This document shows, piece by piece, positions 58,193-64,000 of a stretch of 64,000 bases of DNA. Under the pieces are notes generated by a model, which saw only the letters and a program-made list of their open reading frames with translations, searched no databases and had not been told where the DNA came from. Within the stretch, counting starts at the first letter, position 1. Every line of letters starts with the position of its first letter. The stretch is from positions 2,476 through 66,475 of the forward strand of contig LWTK01000058.1 of NCBI GenBank assembly GCA_003326205.1, in the 5' to 3' direction. Both the position numbers and the translations under genes were made by a program. Source of the stretch: Nostoc sp. ATCC 43529 (GTDB taxonomy: Bacteria > Cyanobacteriota > Cyanobacteriia > Cyanobacteriales > Nostocaceae).

Positions 58193-59569
58193 TTAGGCAG
58201 TCGCCGCTTCTTTTTTCGTTCGTGGCGATCGTGAGGTTGACTTCCCTTTGTTAGTATCTTTCGCTACTACCGTTGGCGTTTCTATTTGAGGAGTTTCACT
58301 ATCGTCTGTTGCCTGTGCCACATTTGCTACTTCTTCAGTACTAGACTCAGTTTGAGTGCTAACTTCTGTTACTTCTTCAGTACCAGGCTCACTTTGAGTG
58401 CTGACTTTCGCCTTTGTACTTTGGCTATTTACCTTTCCAAACCCCTGCTTGATTTCCACAGGCATTACCAGATACAACTGATTGAGCAGCCCTCCCATCG
58501 GGCAGACAATGACTGGTTGCGTGGGTTTGTTGCACCGCACCACGATTTCATCGGTACTGATATGCTTTAATCCTTCGATAAGGTAGTCGATGTTTAATCC
58601 AATACTGATGTTTTCTGAATTACTAGTTACCGATTTCATCAGTACCGAGTCAACTGCATCCCCAATATCAGTAGCTTCGGTGTATAGTGTTGCTTGTGTA
58701 GCTTCCAATTCCCAGAGGATTTTGACAACCTTTTGCTTGCGTTCGGCTAGATAACTTACCCGCTTCAGCGCGCTCTCAAATCCCTTGCGCTCTAATGTAA
58801 ATTCATACTCAAACGACCGGGGAATCAAGCTATTGATTTTGGGATATTCTCCCTCCAGAAGCCGGGAAATGAGCTTTGTATTGGGAAGGCTAAACTCGAT
58901 AGTTCTATCTGATAGAAGAATATTGCACACGCTCGTATCGGCGCTTTGAGAGAGAATTTTGTTTAACTCGCCAAGTGACTTACCTGGAACGGTGAAGTCG
59001 ATTGGGTCAGAATATTCGCTATCGAGTGTTCCTGTTACTAGCGCTAATTTGTGACTATTTGTACTAGCAGCTTGCCACTTGTTGGTATCAATTTTGAAGT
59101 TGACACCAGTTAAAACCAACTTTGTTTCGTCGCTGCTGGCGCAATAGAGCGTCCCTTCAAGTGCAGCTTGGAGTTTCTTGGCACTTAAGTTTATCTCTGT
59201 TGGATTTTCTGCCTTTGGAAGTGTTGGGAACTCGTCAGATTTTCCGCCAATTAGTCGGCACTTACCGCTATTGTGAGTAATTATGCAGGCTTGATTTTCT
59301 ACTTCTAGGGTAATTTCGCCTTTAACATTACTAACAGTATCAGTTAGTAGTTTGGCAGGGAGTGCTACCTGACCTGAAATTTCGACATTAGCGGTGGTTG
59401 TAGTGTGAATTGTGAGGTTAAGGTTTGTACCTGTTGCTGATACTATCCCGTCTTCATCTGCAATCAGTAAGATATTTCCTAAAATTGGGTCAGTGGGTTT
59501 AGGACTGATTGCGAGGTAAGCAGTTTCTAGAATTTCTGCGAGTTTAGATTGTTCAATGGTTAGTTTCAT
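58193..59569 (-). CDS. dnaN: DNA polymerase III beta sliding clamp with a long C-terminal tail
   Basis: SATGTNL, ASTNSHKLA, SRLLEGEYP, IGLNIDYL, YLVMPV; then ~85 low-complexity residues. Confidence 0.92.
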   Translation of the reverse strand: MKLTIEQSKLAEILETAYLAISPKPTDPILGNILLIADEDGIVSATGTNLNLTIHTTTTANVEISGQVALPAKLLTDTVSNVKGEITLEVENQACIITHNSGKCRLIGGKSDEFPTLPKAENPTEINLSAKKLQAALEGTLYCASSDETKLVLTGVNFKIDTNKWQAASTNSHKLALVTGTLDSEYSDPIDFTVPGKSLGELNKILSQSADTSVCNILLSDRTIEFSLPNTKLISRLLEGEYPKINSLIPRSFEYEFTLERKGFESALKRVSYLAERKQKVVKILWELEATQATLYTEATDIGDAVDSVLMKSVTSNSENISIGLNIDYLIEGLKHISTDEIVVRCNKPTQPVIVCPMGGLLNQLYLVMPVEIKQGFGKVNSQSTKAKVSTQSEPGTEEVTEVSTQTESSTEEVANVAQATDDSETPQIETPTVVAKDTNKGKSTSRSPRTKKEAATA

Positions 59570-59649
59570 TTGTTACTTGGTTTTTAGTGGATGATTTCTT
59601 AACGGGCGCTATTTATAGCACCCTTTTTGCTTAGATGAGGTAGTTTGTT

Positions 59650-60642
59650 TTAGTAAGGCAGTTGTTCCATCTCAGTACTGTATGCTGTATAATCATGACC
59701 TCCTGTACTAGGAGGAAGTGCTGCTATTGGCATATCGGCTGCACCTATGAGGCGGTTATGTTCTGCTACAACGGTTGATGTTTTACCGATGCGGTGAGAG
59801 AATTCGGGATTTGCCTGCATCGTTGTTTGGATATGGATTTCTTTGGACTCTGAGAAGAATTCTAGAAAATCGCTTCCATCCGGGTTTGGTGATTTGTAAG
59901 AAGTGACAACTGCTACCCAAGATTTATCTCTTTGGTTAACTGCTTCTTTCGGTTCAAGGGATGGTGTGAAGGTAGGTTGAAATGCACCAAGGCGATGAAA
60001 CTCTGCACGTTTTTCAGCGACAGTTGTATCAGTAAATCGGGCGAATGCAACCTCTAGTTCGCGTTGGAACTGTTTGTAAGCCTCGCCAAATTTTGATGAT
60101 GCAACGCCTTTGATTGACAAGACAATTGGTACTGAGTGCAGGTTGTTATTATTTTCATCGACAAGTTGCAACAAGTAGAATCGTCTCAATACTGCGGCAT
60201 CTTTGCCGAGTGCTTGGTACATTTCGTACCCATCAGGTGATTCGTACACTCCCACAATTTTGCCATCATCGCGCTGTTCAATATATCTGGGAGAAATATC
60301 AAGAATGTGCATTCTGGGCGATTGCAACAACACTCCCATTTCTGGCGTACCACTGGAGAAGGTGTGCTTGTGTGTAGGTTCTTGTCCTTGCCAGTTAATT
60401 CCTGCTAAATACTTATCTTTTATAAACAACCCAACTTTTTCTGCTTCCATGTGGTTGATGACTTGGCAGATGCAGATATTGCTAATCGGCGCATTGTACT
60501 CAGGATTTGCAAATTTAGAAATAGCTGATTTACGCTTTTGTATGTTTGCCCCATTCTGAACGGTTTGTTGAGGAGGTTCTAACTCGGACGCTGCGCTTTC
60601 TTCAATAGCAGAATTAGTAGGCTTTGTTTGATTTCTTGCCAT
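59650..60642 (-). CDS. DUF5895-like hypothetical protein
   Basis: GVLLQSPRM, RRFYLLQLVDENN..LH..PIVLSIKG, FQPTF motifs recalled from this cyanobacterial family. Confidence 0.55.
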   Translation of the reverse strand: MARNQTKPTNSAIEESAASELEPPQQTVQNGANIQKRKSAISKFANPEYNAPISNICICQVINHMEAEKVGLFIKDKYLAGINWQGQEPTHKHTFSSGTPEMGVLLQSPRMHILDISPRYIEQRDDGKIVGVYESPDGYEMYQALGKDAAVLRRFYLLQLVDENNNNLHSVPIVLSIKGVASSKFGEAYKQFQRELEVAFARFTDTTVAEKRAEFHRLGAFQPTFTPSLEPKEAVNQRDKSWVAVVTSYKSPNPDGSDFLEFFSESKEIHIQTTMQANPEFSHRIGKTSTVVAEHNRLIGAADMPIAALPPSTGGHDYTAYSTEMEQLPY

Positions 60643-60773
60643 AATTTTAATTAATTGAAATCAATCTTTAATGCGTCAAGCAAAAAGCCGTTGTAAAAAA
60701 TAAAAGTCGTCTGTTATAAAGACGACTTGAAAGATTTATTAATTTTTCACTATTTAGATACAGTTTTCATCAT

Positions 60774-61121
60774 TTAAACTTTAGAACCTTTAATCGAGAA
60801 AACCTCGCAATCGCTTGTGGAGGTAAACCCTCTCGCAGTGCTGTTCTCAATGCACTCTTTCTTGAATTCGGTAAAGTTGTTCATGTAAGTGTCTTCCTGA
60901 ATAATTCCAGTTTTGGTGTTTAAAAGTGTCTGATAGATTTGCTGAAGATTGATGATGATTTGTTTAAGAACAGATGTATTTTCAGTTGTGAAAGTCAGTG
61001 ACACAGATGTTGTGCTTGAATTGTGAATTGCAACTGTTTGTTCTTCAGGTGCGCCATAAGTTGTTATGTGACTATCTTTACCAGGAATAAATCTGTAGGA
61101 AGCAATAGTTTCAATTGCCAT
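60774..61121 (-). CDS. Hypothetical protein
   Basis: 115-aa ORF in the minus-strand run. Confidence 0.5.
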   Translation of the reverse strand: MAIETIASYRFIPGKDSHITTYGAPEEQTVAIHNSSTTSVSLTFTTENTSVLKQIIINLQQIYQTLLNTKTGIIQEDTYMNNFTEFKKECIENSTARGFTSTSDCEVFSIKGSKV

Positions 61122-61123
61122 AT

Positions 61124-61342
61124 TTATCTCCTTGTTCGTTGGGGTTTAATTTCAAGCATTTTATTAGTAAGTTTGGTGACATTACTGACTTTCCAACCAG
61201 CAAGCTTACACTTAGTAACTGCTAGTTCTAATTCTTGCTGTGTAAGGATTTTGTATCTCGCATAGTTTCCGAATTTAGGGAAAATGTACGTGACATACCT
61301 AGTTTCATCAATTTGGCAGTACGCCATACGTTTGTGGTACAC
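61124..61342 (-). CDS. Hypothetical protein
   Basis: 72 aa; its start overlaps the stop of the methyltransferase. Confidence 0.55.
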   Translation of the reverse strand: MYHKRMAYCQIDETRYVTYIFPKFGNYARYKILTQQELELAVTKCKLAGWKVSNVTKLTNKMLEIKPQRTRR

Positions 61343-62394
61343 TATGGTTTAATTATTTTGATGATTCTGGTGGCTACATTTGTAGGGTTATTTGAACTCA
61401 AAAAGGCATCTTTATCTACCAACTCGACATAGCTCTTATTGCTCTGTAGCCACTCTTTGAAGCTTTGATACTTCCGGTTGAAGAAAACCGATTCAGGGAC
61501 GACTGAAACTAATACACCACCTGATATAATTAACTTCCAAGCTTGATAGATATGTTCGACAAGTTCGCAAAATGGAGGATTCATGATACAGGCATTGTAT
61601 AAATGACTGGGGTTAAACTCCAGAAAGTTTTTCCCTACGAGATTAAATCCTTTGAGTTCTAGAATTTGTCGTAGGTTGTAATTCACTTCAACTACCTCTA
61701 GTTGGACATTGGAGTAGGTTTTAGTGATATATTCAGCAATATTTCCGCTACCAGCGCTCGGCTCTAAAATTCGCCAATTTGGTTCAATATCTGCCAGTTG
61801 AATAAGCCGTTGACAGACTGGTTTGGGAGTAGGAAAGAAATCTCCAGATTTCATGCCAATGATTTCTAACTCAAGCTTATTAAGTTGTTGCTTGGTAGTA
61901 TCAATTGCTTCAGGTTTTACTATCTGTTGAATTTCTGTTATTGCTGATATGATTTCGCCTGATGTATTTAACCCGGCGCGACTGAGAGATTTTACCCAGT
62001 CTTGGTAATATTCGCCTTCTAGTATTTCTTGGACTTTCTGGCTAATTTCTCCACTTTGAGAAATCCTAAATAGCACTTCCACCTGTGATTTACGAGATAT
62101 ACCGCGTAGTATTGGTGGGATATTTCCTATTTCCCACATTTGTGCGATCGCAAATAACCAAGACTGGATAATCTCAAGTTCAATTCCTTCTTGGATTATC
62201 CCTTGAGCTATAGTTTTACGGCGCTTGGTTGCCCTTTGATTCCCAATAGTAGGATTTTTCTTTTGGTCAATTCTTGACTGCATTGAGGCAGCTAGTTTGC
62301 GGAGAGCTTCTGCTTTTTCTAAGTTAGGAATATTGAAAATATCTAGTGATGAGTTATCCTCGTTGTAGGACAGATTTAGTAGAGATAGTTGCAT
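61342..62394 (-). CDS. Class I SAM-dependent (N6-adenine-type) DNA methyltransferase
   Basis: DFFPTP, ILEPSAGSGNIA (motif I), CIMNPPF (motif IV); starts MQLSLL. Confidence 0.8.
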   Translation of the reverse strand: MQLSLLNLSYNEDNSSLDIFNIPNLEKAEALRKLAASMQSRIDQKKNPTIGNQRATKRRKTIAQGIIQEGIELEIIQSWLFAIAQMWEIGNIPPILRGISRKSQVEVLFRISQSGEISQKVQEILEGEYYQDWVKSLSRAGLNTSGEIISAITEIQQIVKPEAIDTTKQQLNKLELEIIGMKSGDFFPTPKPVCQRLIQLADIEPNWRILEPSAGSGNIAEYITKTYSNVQLEVVEVNYNLRQILELKGFNLVGKNFLEFNPSHLYNACIMNPPFCELVEHIYQAWKLIISGGVLVSVVPESVFFNRKYQSFKEWLQSNKSYVELVDKDAFLSSNNPTNVATRIIKIIKP

Positions 62395-62704
62395 TGCTAG
62401 ATTCCTTTAAATCTTTAACGGCGCATTTAAGAATTAGGGAGGTTGGTACATTCCAAGTTTTTACCTCCCATTCAGTAGCTAATCGTTCGGAGTGACGGAT
62501 CACTGCACTACTACATTTGTTTTTTCTTACAAGCCAATCTCTAAATTTTTCGGCTTGTTCTTTGTTATCGAACCCGAAATAGCTGGTTTTCCGGTTTCCC
62601 AAGGGATCAGTAATAGTTGCTACCCGACGTGAGAGAATATTGAGCGTCCAACCACCGTTAGAAGTGAGTTCGATTTTAGTGATATTTAATTCTGTTGGAT
62701 TCAT
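62354..62704 (-). CDS. Hypothetical protein
   Basis: 116-aa ORF overlapping its neighbours in operon fashion. Confidence 0.55.
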   Translation of the reverse strand: MNPTELNITKIELTSNGGWTLNILSRRVATITDPLGNRKTSYFGFDNKEQAEKFRDWLVRKNKCSSAVIRHSERLATEWEVKTWNVPTSLILKCAVKDLKESSNATISTKSVLQRG

Positions 62705-63384
62705 AATTCCACTTCAGGAATTGCTGCTAAATATTCCGTAGTTGATATTTCTCTTGCCAGCCATTTATCATGTGCTTCTTGAGGAGTTATTTTATCGGCT
62801 AAATGTTTCTTTTTATTGTTGTCTCCTATAAAAGGAGCCAGTGTTTCTTCTAACCGTTCTTTGAAAGCCAAATGTTTTTTATCAGAGTAACTAAACTGGT
62901 AGATACTATCAGTATTTATGAACAAGTAAACTAGGCTTATTTGTTCTAATGGCATTCCAGTTCGTTCGTGAAGGAGAAATAATCTCAATTGGGTTTGCCA
63001 CTTGCTCTCAAGAATTTCAAATTTAAGAGGTTTTTGAATTGTCCAGTCAAACCCAACTACTTGATTTTCACCATAGATAATAAGGTCACACTCGCTATAG
63101 AGAAGGATATCGTGATATAAATATTGAATTTGAGCGCTCCATTGTTTGTTTCCAAGGATGTTTATAAAAGGTTTTACCTTATCAACCCAGTTATTAATTT
63201 GGGGATATTCCTTTAAGAAAGGTTCGACTGGTAGCCCTAACCCAATTTGTTGCATGACGAGGTGAAACTGACCTCCAGCAACTTCGGATTCACTTTTTAC
63301 AGTGAGATTAGAATAATTTTTCGTCGATAAACACTCTGGATGATGTTCGGCTAACTCAAGTGTTTTGTGATTGAATCGATTCAT
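62701..63384 (-). CDS. PD-(D/E)XK-nuclease-like protein, possibly inactive
   Basis: ECDLII...GFDWT...QLRLFL pattern; the expected catalytic Lys is Thr. Confidence 0.5.
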   Translation of the reverse strand: MNRFNHKTLELAEHHPECLSTKNYSNLTVKSESEVAGGQFHLVMQQIGLGLPVEPFLKEYPQINNWVDKVKPFINILGNKQWSAQIQYLYHDILLYSECDLIIYGENQVVGFDWTIQKPLKFEILESKWQTQLRLFLLHERTGMPLEQISLVYLFINTDSIYQFSYSDKKHLAFKERLEETLAPFIGDNNKKKHLADKITPQEAHDKWLAREISTTEYLAAIPEVEL

Positions 63385-63446
63385 AAAAATCTATCCCAAA
63401 TTTGATTTTTGGGATAAATATGCGTGAGCTAGTTGTGGTGATTTGT

Positions 63447-64000
63447 CTACGGCATATAGTATTTTTTCAGATTGTCGATACTTGTGTATAAACTTCGGGT
63501 TGACATTGCTTTGAGGTCAAAATAACTGACAAACTTTTTCAACCCTCCCGTAAGGGTTAATTCTAGTAAGTACTGGGCTGCGATCGCACTCGTCATTTTA
63601 TTGACAAATAGCGACTGATAATTTCGTGCTTGAATTTCTGCACATGAGAGGTTATTGTCTGTGATCTCTTCCAGTTGAGGAACTAACAATTCCGGGTGAA
63701 CCAGCGCCGGAGAGGGAAGATGCAACCAGAATTTAGGTTTGTCTGGGTTATTGGCAGCTTGAACTATATCAAAATTAGAGTGCGTTCCAACTACTACTTG
63801 GCCGGAGTGGTTGCTGTTTCCACAATCCAGCCAAAATAGCGATGCTGGCTCATTTGCACTGTTCAGTTTGAGAACTGAGTGAATTTTGCTCCTGGCGGCG
63901 CTGTTATCCACACAACCAATAATTACTGTTAGGGTGTTCCATGAATTGGTGGTGTGAATCATATCTTCTTCAAACCAGTCGCAAATGGCTGTAATCTCAA
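63447..64000 (-). CDS. ThiF/E1-like adenylyltransferase (PRTRC-type), 5' part outside the window
   Basis: IIGCVDNSAAR, WLDCGN..SGQV, LPSP..HPELL, SCAE, QSLFVN. The frame stays open to the window edge (EITAICDWFEED-MIHT). Confidence 0.82.
   Translation of the reverse strand, partial: EITAICDWFEEDMIHTTNSWNTLTVIIGCVDNSAARSKIHSVLKLNSANEPASLFWLDCGNSNHSGQVVVGTHSNFDIVQAANNPDKPKFWLHLPSPALVHPELLVPQLEEITDNNLSCAEIQARNYQSLFVNKMTSAIAAQYLLELTLTGGLKKFVSYFDLKAMSTRSLYTSIDNLKKYYMP

Noticed and set aside
58286-60559. Plus-strand ORFs within dnaN and the DUF5895-like gene
   Set aside because: They are antisense shadows of well-supported minus-strand genes.
1-64000. CRISPR array, tRNA or rRNA genes
   Set aside because: I saw no regularly spaced repeat-spacer series and no recognisable structural RNA. 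The repeats present are MITEs, HIP1-associated micro-repeats or short operator-like motifs.

Overview
This window looks like part of a large plasmid from a filamentous (Nostocales-like) cyanobacterium: it is AT-rich, carries frequent HIP1 octamers (GCGATCGC) and has no rRNA, tRNA or CRISPR array that I can see. It has four blocks. (1) 1-18.4 kb is a heavy-metal island: an IS-truncated Nramp/MntH, an SmtB/ArsR repressor divergent from a P1B Zn/Cd ATPase, a CDF transporter, a group-2 sigma factor, a CzcBA/CusBA-type RND pair, an SbnA-like PLP enzyme + MATE-like exporter + acetyltransferase, and several gene relics. (2) 18.5-38 kb is a mobilisation block: two TraL/MobD-like ATPases, a DUF6753-like membrane protein, an atypical response regulator, a MOB-P relaxase + MobC, and a 2624-aa protein. 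That protein's N-terminus has the motifs of a single-chain two-barrel (RdRP/YonO-like) RNA polymerase, followed by AlkB-, ASCH-, NADAR- and SLOG-like domains. (3) 38-47.5 kb holds three partition modules (two ParM-like actins and ParAB) plus a TetR-AhpD/CMD cassette. (4) 47.7-64 kb is a minus-strand replication cluster: SSB, the bacterial clamp loader (delta, delta', gamma/tau) and beta clamp, but with a family-B polymerase ending in QLSLF instead of DnaE. It is followed by a methyltransferase, a PD-(D/E)XK-like protein and a PRTRC-type ThiF. The strongest leads are the multidomain RNA-polymerase-like protein and the hybrid PolB/beta-clamp replisome with its clamp-motif partners. All family calls come from reading motifs by eye; no database search was run.
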